A stretch of 64,000 nt of DNA. Source: TPA_inf: Saccharomyces. Lineage: Eukaryota. This document shows, piece after piece, positions 29,990-41,510 of the stretch. Both the position numbers and the translations under genes were made by a program. Where the stretch lies: contig BK006948.2 in NCBI GenBank assembly GCA_000146045.2, forward strand, positions 928,001 through 992,000, read 5' to 3'. The notes under the pieces were generated by a model, which was not told where the DNA came from, made no database searches, and saw only the letters and a program-made list of their open reading frames with translations. Every line of letters starts with the position of its first letter. Position 1 is the first letter of the stretch.

Positions 29990-30361
29990 GAAAGAGGCGG
30001 TACGCCTTTGGGATAGCGTATCGTTTCATCGTTTAAACGAGCAAATTTGATAAGTACGGAATATGACAGTCTCATTGAGTAATACAGAATTGAGGCGTTT
30101 AAATGGTTATGGTTAAGGGTTACGGTTACGGTTTTTTATTCTTAGAACACATTTGATATATTTTTATTTATGGTTTTTTACATATAGATTTCGTTCATAT
30201 ATGAGGTTTTCTTTTTATATTAATTATATTTCTTCGGTTGTTACGTTATCAATTTTGTTATTGAATTATTACGGGTTATGAACGCCGTAGAAAAATAGCA
30301 TTGGAGTTTGAGAGTCTGTGGCTTTTCTGTCACATCATTTTTTCGTCTAACTTAGGTTAAC

Positions 30362-30832
30362 TCAGTAATCGTCGATTTCTTCATAACAGGCCAGGACCTT
30401 TTTTCTGTATTCCTCCATATCTGCATCCCAAAGTTCTGCTGCCACAGCGTTCAGCGGAGATCTGTTATTTGGTTCGCCAAGTAATGACTGCAATGACAAT
30501 AGAATTGTTTCTACATTATACACTGCAGACCATTTCTCTTTCAGAATGTCCAAACAAATGTTGCCACTCTTATCCACGTTTGGATGCCACATTGGACTCA
30601 AAAATTTAATCATTGGCGGATGGAAAGGATAGTTTTGAGGAAACTTCAATGAAACCTTGAATTTAAGTCCACTATACGGTGTGTCTTTAGGGCCTGTAAT
30701 ATACCCTACCCAGTATGTTAAATCATTATCGTCTACGGGAAACGCACTAATACTTTCTGTTGTAGAACTAAGTAGCTGTAGCAGCTCATTTTGTAAACGT
30801 TTCGTCACGCAACCACCCTCTTCTACTGCCAT
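30362..30832 (-). CDS. UBC11: E2 ubiquitin-conjugating enzyme, 156 aa.
   Basis: It has a UBC fold with the active-site motif [15 protein letters not shown]. Coordinates are taken from the ORF track, because my hand count of the text near 30780 disagrees by 2 nt. Confidence 0.88.
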
Positions 30833-31201
30833 TCTATACTAGCAAGCCTCGAATCATACAGGTTTTGTAGCACCTATAAGATGTAAAATATGAAAAATTT
30901 TTTCTGATATCTCATTTATCCAGTGTCAGAAGCATGTTTTGTGTCGCTATTAGTCAACGCTTTTTCCTTGAAAATCTCTTTCTAATAATGACATCATTAA
31001 AAAGAGTCCATTAACGTTATAAAGGAAAAATATTTCAAATTAAGCTTCATTACTGTTGATATATTGTCGAATTTGCCACGGTTTAGCTACGTATGCAGGA
31101 CTATTGATTATCAGCACTGTAATAATGTACAATTATTTATATTATCCTATATCAATAACGTATATCTTTATTTGTTTTGATTTTTTCTCATTTTTCCCGT
31201 C

Positions 31202-32182
31202 CTAATCACTATCACTCGATTCACCATCATTGCTTTCACTGGTGTTTTCCTCGTATACGATCTCTGAACCATTATCTTCTTTTACTTCAGGTAAGTCTAG
31301 TTCCTTGTGGCTCTCTTTGTTTTCGATTGAAACTTCGTCATCAAATACAATTTTTTTGTTTGAAACTATAGGTAAACTTTCAGCTTGGGAACGAGAGCTG
31401 TTATAGCCATTGCCTTCTTCGTCGGCGTCACTTATTAATGTACCGTCCACAGAAACAACTCTTCCTGTAGTATGAACATTTCTCACTGTGAACCTCAATT
31501 TACCGTCAATGGGTTCACCATTAGAATCTACCCAGTGGCCCAAAGATCTGTTTCCAAAGGAAAATTTGCCCAAACTATTGCTTCCACCATTGCTATCCTT
31601 GTTATCTTCGTTATTATTGTTTCCATTATTTTCATCTGTGTTTATCACGTCAGCATCTTCTTCCACGTCGTTATGGACAAAGGTCCAATCCACAGGGATA
31701 TTATTCTTTTTGATACTAGCATTAAACGCATCATGAATCAAAAGACCAATGTGTGAGGCGGATTGAATGAAAATGTAACCTTCCAAAACATCTCCAACTT
31801 GTGGCTGCCAAACGTATAGGTTTACATGGCACCAAGTAAATCCAAAAGGGGTATCGGGTGTGATTTTTATTAGTTTTTCTGATGTATCTTCTTTGCTTAA
31901 AGGATCAGCATCAAGAATTTTCAACCCTTCATAACCTAGCACAACACCTCCAACTTTGTTGTTATATTTCATTACTAATGGGTTCAAGTGCTGCTTCATG
32001 ACACCTTGCAAGGGATTTTCTAAATACATTGGTGCCAAAGAAACATAGAGAGCAATGGGAACACGCACTATACAGTTGGAAGTTCCATTTTTCTCATCAA
32101 TTGGGTTTGTAACCTGTTTTTTGTGTTTCTTGATGAACCTTGCGGTTTCGCGGTTCTCATTGGCTCTTTTTACTTGTGACAT
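31202..32182 (-). CDS. RPA43: RNA polymerase I subunit A43, 326 aa, with an acidic Ser/Asp-rich C-terminal tail.
   Basis: It has an ATG start and encodes 326 aa. It is divergently paired with RPA190. The C-terminus ends in ...[14 protein letters not shown]. Confidence 0.9.
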
Positions 32183-32763
32183 AATCCACGTTTGTCTCTT
32201 ATCTTTCTGATATTATTATATATAAGCAAAAAAACGAGGGAGTGTATAACGATAGTCCCTTCGGCTCTATTTTATTGTAAACCTCCACTACATTGTCATA
32301 TTTGCGATGCCATTAGTATTTTATTGCAGAAAAATTTTTTTCAAACCACCCATACACCCTCATCGGAATCTTTTCATTTCAAAGCGACAGTAATATTTTC
32401 TGTCAAGAATACACAAAGGATACACTTGCAGCTGGAATAAGCAAGATTCCACCAAGTTTCTTCTACCTGAAATACATCTATTACGGGGCCTTGATTAAAA
32501 GTAACTTAACTTCGCAGTTAAATTTAACTTTACAAGAACGGCATATGATCAGATCGTATCCTTGCCCGCTATCGGAGGGTCTCAGAATTACATCTTATAC
32601 TGTTTCGAGTTTCTTATGTCTCCTCTTATAGCTAAAATGATTTGAACTTAGAAATTATCGAGGATAGAAGTAAGGCGTTGCATTTCCTTATAACTATCGT
32701 GTTTATTTTCTTAGTGGTGGTTCTTTTATTATTACCCGTTTTCTTCGGTAATATTTTATAGTG

Positions 32764-32801
32764 AAAAATTTTGGTAAAAAAAAAAAAAAAGAAAAAATTT
32801 T
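32764..32801. promoter_or_regulatory. Two RRPE motifs (AAAAATTTT) at 32764-32772 and 32793-32801, flanking an A-tract, in the divergent RPA43/RPA190 promoter. A one-mismatch PAC-like CTCATCGG is at 32359-32366.
   Basis: Exact AAAAATTTT occurs twice within 40 bp. RRPE and PAC are hallmark ribosome-biogenesis regulon elements. Confidence 0.5.
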
Positions 32802-32986
32802 TTTTATTTCAAATCTCATCTCATCTCTTAAAAAGGTTTATTCTGTTTACTCAAACTCTTCATCAAAAACAAAAGTACTGCGCTAATAATTCTGGTCTTA
32901 GGTATCCATTAACTATACAGTGAACTTTATCCTTTTTCTGCTTTTTTTTTGCCGTACTTCGATTATAATCAAAGCCAGAAAGAAAA

Positions 32987-35900
32987 ATGGATATTTCTAA
33001 ACCGGTTGGTTCTGAAATCACATCCGTTGATTTCGGGATCCTAACAGCTAAAGAGATTAGAAATCTATCAGCAAAGCAAATTACCAATCCTACGGTTTTA
33101 GATAACTTAGGTCATCCAGTATCAGGCGGTTTATATGACTTAGCCTTAGGTGCATTCTTAAGGAATCTGTGTTCTACTTGTGGTTTGGATGAAAAATTCT
33201 GTCCAGGTCACCAAGGTCACATTGAATTACCTGTCCCTTGTTATAATCCATTGTTCTTTAACCAGCTATATATTTATTTGAGGGCATCATGTTTATTCTG
33301 TCATCATTTCCGTTTAAAGTCAGTAGAGGTTCATCGTTACGCATGTAAATTGAGATTGTTACAATACGGTTTGATAGACGAATCTTACAAACTAGATGAA
33401 ATAACTTTGGGCTCTCTTAATAGCAGTATGTACACTGACGACGAAGCTATTGAAGATAATGAGGATGAAATGGATGGTGAAGGAAGCAAGCAATCAAAGG
33501 ATATTTCCTCCACTCTCTTAAATGAACTGAAAAGTAAGCGTTCAGAATATGTTGACATGGCCATCGCTAAAGCTTTGTCAGACGGCAGAACTACTGAGAG
33601 AGGCTCTTTCACAGCTACTGTAAATGATGAACGAAAGAAATTGGTCCATGAGTTTCACAAAAAACTATTATCTAGAGGTAAGTGTGATAACTGTGGTATG
33701 TTTTCGCCAAAATTTAGAAAGGATGGTTTTACAAAAATCTTCGAAACTGCGTTGAATGAAAAACAAATTACAAATAACAGAGTAAAAGGTTTCATTCGTC
33801 AAGATATGATTAAGAAGCAAAAACAGGCTAAGAAATTGGACGGTTCTAACGAAGCATCTGCAAATGACGAAGAAAGTTTTGACGTTGGTAGAAATCCTAC
33901 CACCAGACCAAAAACCGGCTCAACATATATTTTATCTACTGAAGTGAAGAATATTCTGGACACTGTTTTCAGGAAGGAGCAATGTGTTTTACAATATGTT
34001 TTTCATTCGAGACCCAATTTATCAAGAAAATTGGTCAAGGCTGACTCTTTTTTTATGGATGTTCTTGTTGTGCCACCAACTAGATTCCGTTTGCCTTCCA
34101 AGCTTGGTGAAGAAGTTCATGAAAACTCTCAAAACCAATTGTTGTCCAAGGTTCTTACTACGTCATTATTAATTAGGGACTTAAATGATGATTTATCTAA
34201 GCTACAAAAGGACAAAGTTTCTTTGGAAGATAGAAGGGTGATCTTCAGTAGGTTAATGAATGCCTTTGTTACTATTCAAAATGACGTCAATGCTTTTATC
34301 GACTCTACCAAAGCACAAGGTAGAACCAGTGGTAAGGTTCCAATTCCTGGTGTTAAACAAGCACTGGAAAAGAAAGAAGGTTTATTCAGAAAACATATGA
34401 TGGGTAAGCGTGTTAACTATGCCGCTCGTTCTGTTATTTCTCCAGACCCAAATATCGAAACTAATGAAATTGGTGTCCCACCTGTTTTTGCTGTTAAATT
34501 GACTTATCCAGAACCAGTAACGGCTTATAACATAGCAGAGTTGCGTCAAGCTGTTATTAATGGCCCTGATAAATGGCCAGGTGCCACTCAAATACAGAAC
34601 GAAGATGGTTCTTTGGTCTCTTTGATCGGTATGTCTGTAGAGCAACGTAAGGCATTAGCTAACCAACTATTGACACCATCTTCAAACGTTTCTACTCATA
34701 CTTTGAATAAAAAGGTTTACCGTCACATCAAGAACAGAGATGTTGTTTTAATGAACCGTCAACCGACCTTACATAAAGCCTCCATGATGGGTCACAAAGT
34801 TAGGGTGTTACCAAACGAAAAGACTTTGAGATTACATTATGCTAATACAGGTGCTTATAATGCAGATTTCGATGGTGATGAAATGAACATGCATTTTCCA
34901 CAAAACGAAAATGCTAGAGCAGAAGCACTAAACTTAGCTAATACTGATTCTCAATACTTGACACCAACTTCTGGTTCTCCAGTTAGAGGTTTGATTCAAG
35001 ATCATATTTCTGCGGGTGTTTGGCTAACAAGTAAGGACAGTTTTTTCACCAGAGAACAATACCAGCAATATATTTACGGTTGCATCCGTCCTGAGGATGG
35101 TCATACCACAAGATCGAAGATCGTTACCTTACCTCCAACTATCTTCAAGCCATATCCATTATGGACAGGTAAACAAATCATCACAACAGTTTTGTTGAAT
35201 GTCACCCCTCCAGATATGCCTGGTATCAATTTAATTTCTAAAAATAAGATTAAAAACGAATATTGGGGCAAGGGATCTCTGGAAAACGAAGTTCTCTTCA
35301 AAGACGGCGCATTGCTATGTGGTATTTTAGATAAGTCACAATACGGTGCCTCTAAGTATGGTATTGTTCATTCATTGCATGAAGTTTATGGCCCAGAAGT
35401 CGCTGCTAAAGTCTTATCCGTCTTAGGTAGACTATTTACCAACTATATCACTGCCACGGCATTCACTTGTGGTATGGACGATTTACGTCTAACAGCAGAA
35501 GGTAATAAATGGAGGACTGACATCTTGAAGACGTCTGTTGATACAGGTCGTGAAGCCGCTGCAGAAGTTACTAATTTAGATAAAGACACGCCAGCAGATG
35601 ACCCAGAGTTATTAAAGAGGCTACAAGAAATACTGCGTGATAATAATAAGTCAGGTATTCTTGACGCTGTTACATCCTCCAAGGTCAATGCTATTACTTC
35701 TCAAGTCGTCTCCAAATGTGTTCCAGATGGTACTATGAAAAAGTTTCCATGCAATTCTATGCAAGCTATGGCACTTTCTGGTGCTAAAGGTTCTAACGTT
35801 AATGTTTCTCAAATTATGTGTTTGTTGGGTCAACAAGCTTTAGAAGGTAGAAGAGTGCCGGTAATGGTTAGTGGTAAAACTCTGCCTTCTTTCAAACCTT

Positions 35901-37981
35901 ATGAAACAGATGCCATGGCTGGTGGTTATGTTAAGGGTCGTTTCTACTCTGGTATAAAGCCACAGGAGTATTACTTCCATTGTATGGCTGGTCGTGAAGG
36001 TTTAATTGATACGGCCGTTAAAACATCTAGATCCGGTTATTTGCAACGTTGTCTAACAAAACAATTAGAAGGTGTTCACGTATCATACGATAACAGTATA
36101 AGAGATGCAGATGGTACGTTAGTGCAATTCATGTATGGTGGTGATGCCATCGATATAACCAAAGAATCACACATGACTCAATTCGAGTTCTGTTTAGACA
36201 ATTACTACGCATTATTGAAGAAATACAACCCATCAGCACTGATTGAACATTTGGATGTTGAATCAGCTTTGAAGTACTCTAAAAAGACTTTGAAATACAG
36301 AAAGAAGCATAGCAAGGAGCCTCATTACAAACAGTCTGTAAAATATGATCCTGTTTTAGCTAAGTATAATCCTGCCAAATACCTGGGTTCCGTTTCTGAG
36401 AACTTCCAAGATAAACTAGAATCTTTCTTAGACAAGAACTCTAAATTGTTCAAATCATCGGATGGTGTTAACGAAAAGAAGTTCAGGGCCTTGATGCAAT
36501 TGAAGTATATGCGTTCTCTAATTAATCCAGGTGAAGCTGTTGGTATTATTGCTTCACAATCTGTCGGTGAACCCTCAACACAGATGACATTGAATACCTT
36601 CCACTTTGCTGGTCACGGTGCCGCTAATGTGACACTAGGTATTCCTCGTTTAAGAGAAATTGTTATGACTGCCTCTGCTGCCATTAAAACTCCGCAAATG
36701 ACTTTGCCTATCTGGAATGATGTTTCTGATGAGCAAGCTGACACTTTCTGTAAGTCTATCTCAAAAGTCCTATTATCCGAAGTGATAGATAAAGTGATAG
36801 TCACTGAAACTACCGGTACTTCAAATACCGCTGGTGGAAATGCAGCTCGTTCGTATGTTATCCATATGAGATTCTTCGACAATAATGAATACAGTGAAGA
36901 ATACGATGTTTCTAAAGAAGAATTACAAAACGTCATATCTAATCAATTCATACACTTGCTAGAAGCTGCTATTGTAAAAGAAATCAAAAAACAAAAGAGA
37001 ACTACAGGACCAGACATTGGTGTTGCAGTACCAAGGCTACAGACAGATGTTGCAAATAGTTCTTCGAACTCTAAAAGGTTGGAAGAGGATAATGATGAAG
37101 AACAAAGTCATAAGAAAACTAAACAAGCGGTTTCGTATGACGAGCCAGATGAAGATGAAATTGAAACTATGAGAGAAGCTGAAAAGTCTTCTGACGAAGA
37201 AGGTATCGATTCCGATAAAGAAAGTGATTCTGACTCTGAGGACGAAGACGTTGACATGAATGAACAAATTAATAAGAGTATTGTGGAAGCTAACAATAAT
37301 ATGAACAAAGTGCAGCGTGATCGTCAATCAGCGATTATTTCTCATCATAGATTCATCACCAAATACAATTTCGATGATGAATCTGGTAAATGGTGTGAAT
37401 TTAAGCTAGAATTAGCAGCAGACACAGAAAAGTTGTTGATGGTTAATATTGTTGAAGAAATCTGTAGGAAGTCTATCATTAGACAGATTCCTCATATTGA
37501 CCGTTGTGTTCATCCAGAACCTGAAAACGGAAAACGTGTCCTTGTCACAGAAGGTGTTAATTTCCAAGCTATGTGGGATCAAGAGGCATTTATCGACGTT
37601 GATGGTATTACATCTAATGATGTTGCTGCTGTGTTGAAAACGTACGGTGTAGAAGCTGCTAGAAATACTATTGTGAATGAAATTAATAACGTCTTCTCTC
37701 GTTATGCTATTTCTGTTTCTTTCCGTCATTTAGACCTTATTGCTGACATGATGACCAGGCAAGGTACTTACTTAGCCTTTAACAGACAGGGTATGGAAAC
37801 ATCCACTTCATCTTTCATGAAGATGTCCTATGAAACTACATGTCAATTCTTGACCAAGGCTGTTCTAGATAATGAGCGTGAACAATTGGACAGTCCTTCC
37901 GCTAGAATTGTGGTGGGTAAATTGAACAATGTTGGTACGGGTTCATTTGATGTGTTAGCAAAGGTTCCAAATGCGGCTTAG
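32987..37981 (+). CDS. RPA190: RNA polymerase I largest subunit, 1664 aa.
   Basis: It has the zinc-binding N-terminus (CSTCGLDEKFCPGHQGHIELP) and the catalytic aspartate triad motif NADFDGDEMN. A long acidic Ser/Asp/Glu insertion is present near aa 1350-1420. Confidence 0.94.
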   Translation: MDISKPVGSEITSVDFGILTAKEIRNLSAKQITNPTVLDNLGHPVSGGLYDLALGAFLRNLCSTCGLDEKFCPGHQGHIELPVPCYNPLFFNQLYIYLRASCLFCHHFRLKSVEVHRYACKLRLLQYGLIDESYKLDEITLGSLNSSMYTDDEAIEDNEDEMDGEGSKQSKDISSTLLNELKSKRSEYVDMAIAKALSDGRTTERGSFTATVNDERKKLVHEFHKKLLSRGKCDNCGMFSPKFRKDGFTKIFETALNEKQITNNRVKGFIRQDMIKKQKQAKKLDGSNEASANDEESFDVGRNPTTRPKTGSTYILSTEVKNILDTVFRKEQCVLQYVFHSRPNLSRKLVKADSFFMDVLVVPPTRFRLPSKLGEEVHENSQNQLLSKVLTTSLLIRDLNDDLSKLQKDKVSLEDRRVIFSRLMNAFVTIQNDVNAFIDSTKAQGRTSGKVPIPGVKQALEKKEGLFRKHMMGKRVNYAARSVISPDPNIETNEIGVPPVFAVKLTYPEPVTAYNIAELRQAVINGPDKWPGATQIQNEDGSLVSLIGMSVEQRKALANQLLTPSSNVSTHTLNKKVYRHIKNRDVVLMNRQPTLHKASMMGHKVRVLPNEKTLRLHYANTGAYNADFDGDEMNMHFPQNENARAEALNLANTDSQYLTPTSGSPVRGLIQDHISAGVWLTSKDSFFTREQYQQYIYGCIRPEDGHTTRSKIVTLPPTIFKPYPLWTGKQIITTVLLNVTPPDMPGINLISKNKIKNEYWGKGSLENEVLFKDGALLCGILDKSQYGASKYGIVHSLHEVYGPEVAAKVLSVLGRLFTNYITATAFTCGMDDLRLTAEGNKWRTDILKTSVDTGREAAAEVTNLDKDTPADDPELLKRLQEILRDNNKSGILDAVTSSKVNAITSQVVSKCVPDGTMKKFPCNSMQAMALSGAKGSNVNVSQIMCLLGQQALEGRRVPVMVSGKTLPSFKPYETDAMAGGYVKGRFYSGIKPQEYYFHCMAGREGLIDTAVKTSRSGYLQRCLTKQLEGVHVSYDNSIRDADGTLVQFMYGGDAIDITKESHMTQFEFCLDNYYALLKKYNPSALIEHLDVESALKYSKKTLKYRKKHSKEPHYKQSVKYDPVLAKYNPAKYLGSVSENFQDKLESFLDKNSKLFKSSDGVNEKKFRALMQLKYMRSLINPGEAVGIIASQSVGEPSTQMTLNTFHFAGHGAANVTLGIPRLREIVMTASAAIKTPQMTLPIWNDVSDEQADTFCKSISKVLLSEVIDKVIVTETTGTSNTAGGNAARSYVIHMRFFDNNEYSEEYDVSKEELQNVISNQFIHLLEAAIVKEIKKQKRTTGPDIGVAVPRLQTDVANSSSNSKRLEEDNDEEQSHKKTKQAVSYDEPDEDEIETMREAEKSSDEEGIDSDKESDSDSEDEDVDMNEQINKSIVEANNNMNKVQRDRQSAIISHHRFITKYNFDDESGKWCEFKLELAADTEKLLMVNIVEEICRKSIIRQIPHIDRCVHPEPENGKRVLVTEGVNFQAMWDQEAFIDVDGITSNDVAAVLKTYGVEAARNTIVNEINNVFSRYAISVSFRHLDLIADMMTRQGTYLAFNRQGMETSTSSFMKMSYETTCQFLTKAVLDNEREQLDSPSARIVVGKLNNVGTGSFDVLAKVPNAA

Positions 37982-38665
37982 AAGCAGGCAAAAGGTCCCA
38001 TAATTATTACGATTTAATATTAGTTTATTTGAAGGAGAAGGTCAGAAGAAAAGAGAGAAAAATGCACAATGGGTAGCGCCATTAAAAAATACCTCTTTTG
38101 GTATTTGTCTGGTTTCCTATTTCTTCTTGCGCGTGTGTTATGTAAATTAAGAGAGCTAGGGTATTATAAAGTGCATCATCATCAAGCGGATATGTAACGC
38201 ATATACATTATATATGTGTAGTGAGTTCTTTATACCCTACAAATTTGATATTGTGTTTATTTATATATTGGCATTTTTTCTCGATTACGTGCTGGTATAT
38301 GTATACCTCATCTGTACATCCTAGACTAGACGCATTTTTTTTTCCAGGTACAAAGGCTATATTTGAAGGAACGGCCAATCACTGCAAGAGATAGCTGAAA
38401 TGTTATTTCAAAAAAGGCATGTATTTACCATGCAAATTTGGTATTGATAGAGCAGGAAATGTGCTTACAATGTAATAAGGTAGTTTGTCATTATTATGGT
38501 ACATAATTATGGAGCCTGTCAATGCTTATGCATTTATTTATGTATACAAATATATACATTTATAAATTTTCTTTTTTCTTTTTTTCGAAATTGTTCTTAG
38601 TGTCATTTGAATAGTGTTGTAGTTCGTTAGGTATGGACATTGATTTGGCCTTCTTCTTCGTGAAA

Positions 38666-39625
38666 CTAATCGCAGCGAGCCCTTTTAGGTCTCTCTGTTG
38701 AGCAGAAGGGGTTTTGTCTCTGTTGTGGTAGCTTTGATCGCATGATATTCTGGTCGTCACGTCTTCTTTGTTTTCTTTCCACTTTCGATATTGGGGACGC
38801 AAAGGACGTAAGTTTGCGACCCTTTTGCGAACCTAGGCCCCAATACATTTCATTTTTCTTGATTAATTCTTGATAGTTGATAAATCCTGTGACCCATAAG
38901 ATTTTTTCATCTCTTACCGTATCAGGAATTACTGCAATAGACTTAACGAATTGGAGGGCCTGGTAAACGTTGAAAGTTGGGTTTTCTTTCAATACGGTAG
39001 ACATCAGTAAACTTATCAAATTTTCATCGGTGCTGCCGTTTTCTGAGAGAACAAGTATGTTACTATTGGTATTCCCGCCTTGAGCGATAGAGTATTTGAA
39101 AATTGTAATTAGGTCGTTGAAGACTTGAAACTTCGCTTCGTTGGTAACTTGGAAAATATTTGTACGCGAGTATTCTGACTTATTACCATATAAAAGTTTA
39201 TCTAATATCGATACTGAGTCACTTGGATGGTCGAATTGAACATACGCATTTCTGTAATGAGATTCTGGTGGTGGAGTTAATGGTTCGCCGTGATTATTAA
39301 TACCGCTGAGAAAATCGAGATGATGGATCAATTGTTGCAAAAGGGAAGTGTTGTGCCAATGGAAGGAACGCACCAAATCGCTTTCTATTGGTATTTGAGA
39401 GTCATTGTCGATGTTGACAATTACTATTTCATGGGCAAACTTTGAGCGGACCTCATGATAGATATGTGATATTAGTTCAGTCGATAAATCAACGTTTATG
39501 AAAAACCTAATGTTATTTTCTACTAGGAAATCTGTATGCGTCAGTGAATGTACGGAGCCGAAAAATATGTGATTATCTAGCCTCTGAGGAATGCTTGAAT
39601 CATTAAGCTCCTCTAGAATAGTCAT
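38666..39625 (-). CDS. YOR342C: Uncharacterised protein of 319 aa, from the ATG at 39623-39625. The ORF-track start at 39658 is a TTG.
   Basis: The ORF length and its position between RPA190 and the Ty2 match YOR342C. Confidence 0.7.
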   Translation of the reverse strand: MTILEELNDSSIPQRLDNHIFFGSVHSLTHTDFLVENNIRFFINVDLSTELISHIYHEVRSKFAHEIVIVNIDNDSQIPIESDLVRSFHWHNTSLLQQLIHHLDFLSGINNHGEPLTPPPESHYRNAYVQFDHPSDSVSILDKLLYGNKSEYSRTNIFQVTNEAKFQVFNDLITIFKYSIAQGGNTNSNILVLSENGSTDENLISLLMSTVLKENPTFNVYQALQFVKSIAVIPDTVRDEKILWVTGFINYQELIKKNEMYWGLGSQKGRKLTSFASPISKVERKQRRRDDQNIMRSKLPQQRQNPFCSTERPKRARCD

Positions 39626-40991
39626 TTTTTCTTTTCTATCGAAAAATGCAGGAAACAAGCTTGTATTTAGCGATGCTGTATTAATGTAAATTGGCTAATA
39701 GGGACGCCACTACCATAGATGAGCAATAGATTCGTAATATCAACCTCAAGAAAACTCATTAGGAGCAAGAAATGAAAAGTAAAAAAATGGTTGAAAGTAA
39801 AATCCATGCAATGAGATAAGGAAGAGAAAACTAATGAAAAAAATTTTTCAATTAAGGCATGGAAGGATCTTGAAATGAAGTGAAAGGAAAAATGGAAAAA
39901 CATGAAAAACTACACAAGCAAAGACCAGCATTATGGATGAAATTTTTTTTTTTTTTTCACGTCAGAAGTTAAGGCCATCTTTGAGTTCCAGGGTATCGCA
40001 TCTCAGGTCTTCCCACTTATGCTACGCATTCATGAAAATTTTTCAACTTTTTCTTTTGACCGTGGTGAAAGAAGATGCGCGTTTATGGGGAGAAAACCCG
40101 TAGAAAACGCGAAAAGCCGCTGAAAATACAAAGGGAAAAAGCCGCTCTCATTTCTTATTTAGGAAAAGAAATGAGCGGGGTAAACGGAGATCGCTGCGGA
40201 CGGAAGGCGCGAAATACCCACTGCCCTGAAGTCCAGCAGGTACTGAGGCTTGGATCTCAAAAGCGTGGGGTGCGTGGGCGTGCGCTGCTCGAGGCATTTT
40301 AGCCGCTGATAGTGCTGGCTCCAGGGGCCACTGCGCTTGCCATACCCGCACACGGGGTTCTTTGAGGCACTTAATTGACCGGAGATTTAAACGATATTGT
40401 CGTCGGGGATTAGAAGACATTACTGGTGGGGAACCCTTGATGATAATAGGAAATATATGCGCAGTATGCTCCATCGCTACGAGATGTTAGCAGCCTCAGA
40501 GCATCCTAATGGGAATATCAATGCATACACACCGGAGCTTGGATATGATAAACGAAATATTCTTGAATCGTGAGATCGCCTGTTTTCAAAACCGTTGGAG
40601 GCAGAAACAATTTTGTCACAAGATGGGCATTCTACCCCATCCTTGCTGTATTATTGTAGTCTCGCTTTCTTTTATGCTGGACAAATGAGACTACTGCACA
40701 TTTTTATACGTTCTTGGTTTTTTTTAAAGGTGTGGTTTCGGCATTATCCTGCCGCACGTTTCTTGGATAATTCATCCTGATTCTCTATTTTAAACGCTTC
40801 AGCCTATCAGGATTTGGTTTTGATACATACTGCAAGAGTGTATCTCGGGAACAGTCATTTATTCCGCAACAAACTTAATTGCGGAACGCGTTAGGCGATT
40901 TCTAGCATATATCAAATACCGTTCGCGATTTCTTCTGGGTTCGTCTCTTTTCTTTTAAATACTTATTAACGTACTCAAACAACTACACTTC

Positions 40992-41302
40992 GTTGTATCT
41001 CAGAATGAGATCCCTCAGTATGACAATACATCATTCTAAACGTTCGTAAAACACATATGAAACAACTTTATAACAAAGCGAACAAAATGGGCAACATGAG
41101 ATGAAACTCCGCGTCCCTTAGCTGAACTACCCAAACGTACGAATGCCTGAACAATTAGTTTAGATCCGAGATTCCGCGCTTCCATCATTTAGTATAATCC
41201 ATATTTTATATAATATATAGGATAAGTAACAGCCCGCGAATCAAGCTGGTAATCCGTTTTGACAGCTGGTTGCTTCCCCAAGACTGCTTATATTAGGATT
41301 GT
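40992..41302 (+). repeat. Sigma (Ty3 LTR) fragment, 5' about 310 bp. It begins GTTGTATCTCAGAATGAGAT and is truncated before the canonical ...TACAACA end.
   Basis: It shows strong similarity to the sigma consensus (TGTTGTATCTCAAAATGAGAT...CTGAACAATTAGTTTAGATCCGAGATTCCGCGCTTCC...). Confidence 0.7.
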
Positions 41303-41334
41303 TGAAAATATTGATTAACTTTTGTTAATTCCTA

Positions 41335-41510
41335 CATACTCGGGGAAAGGTTCTAGTATATTCTGTATACCTAATCTTACAGTCTTTACTAATGGAATCC
41401 CAGGAATTATCAAAAAATTCACCTATCTTTCAAAATATTACTATTCACTCTGCTAAGATTATCGGAATAGGGACCAACTATCATCCGCTAATTACTGACA
41501 TTACCAAATG
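41335..41510 (+). repeat. Ty1/Ty2 delta LTR fragments. A delta 3'-end piece (...TTCTAGTATATTCTGTATACCTAAT...AATGGAATCCCA...) is followed by a diverged delta 5'-start-like piece.
   Basis: This is my alignment by eye to the delta consensus. It is fragmentary and diverged. Confidence 0.5.

Noticed and set aside
30362-30834. An apparent 2-nt discrepancy between my hand count of the text near 30780 and the UBC11 frame in the ORF track, and a 1-nt discrepancy at the REV1 start (53827 versus 53828).
   Set aside because: This is most likely my own transcription or counting error and not a real frameshift. The ORF-track proteins are full-length and match UBC11 and REV1 exactly, so I used the track coordinates. 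Other hand-derived coordinates carry a 1-2 nt uncertainty.
38560-38802. An 80-aa minus-strand ORF overlapping the 3' end of YOR342C in another frame.
   Set aside because: It is short and Lys-rich, lies in an AT-rich 3' region, and overlaps a better-supported ORF. It is likely spurious.
40075-40474. Mutually overlapping ORFs 40075-40302 (+) and 40148-40474 (-); the second is at the YOR343C position.
   Set aside because: They are short and Arg/Gly-rich translations of a GC-rich patch. Open frames are expected by chance in GC-rich DNA. I report the region as a GC island and do not call these as genes.
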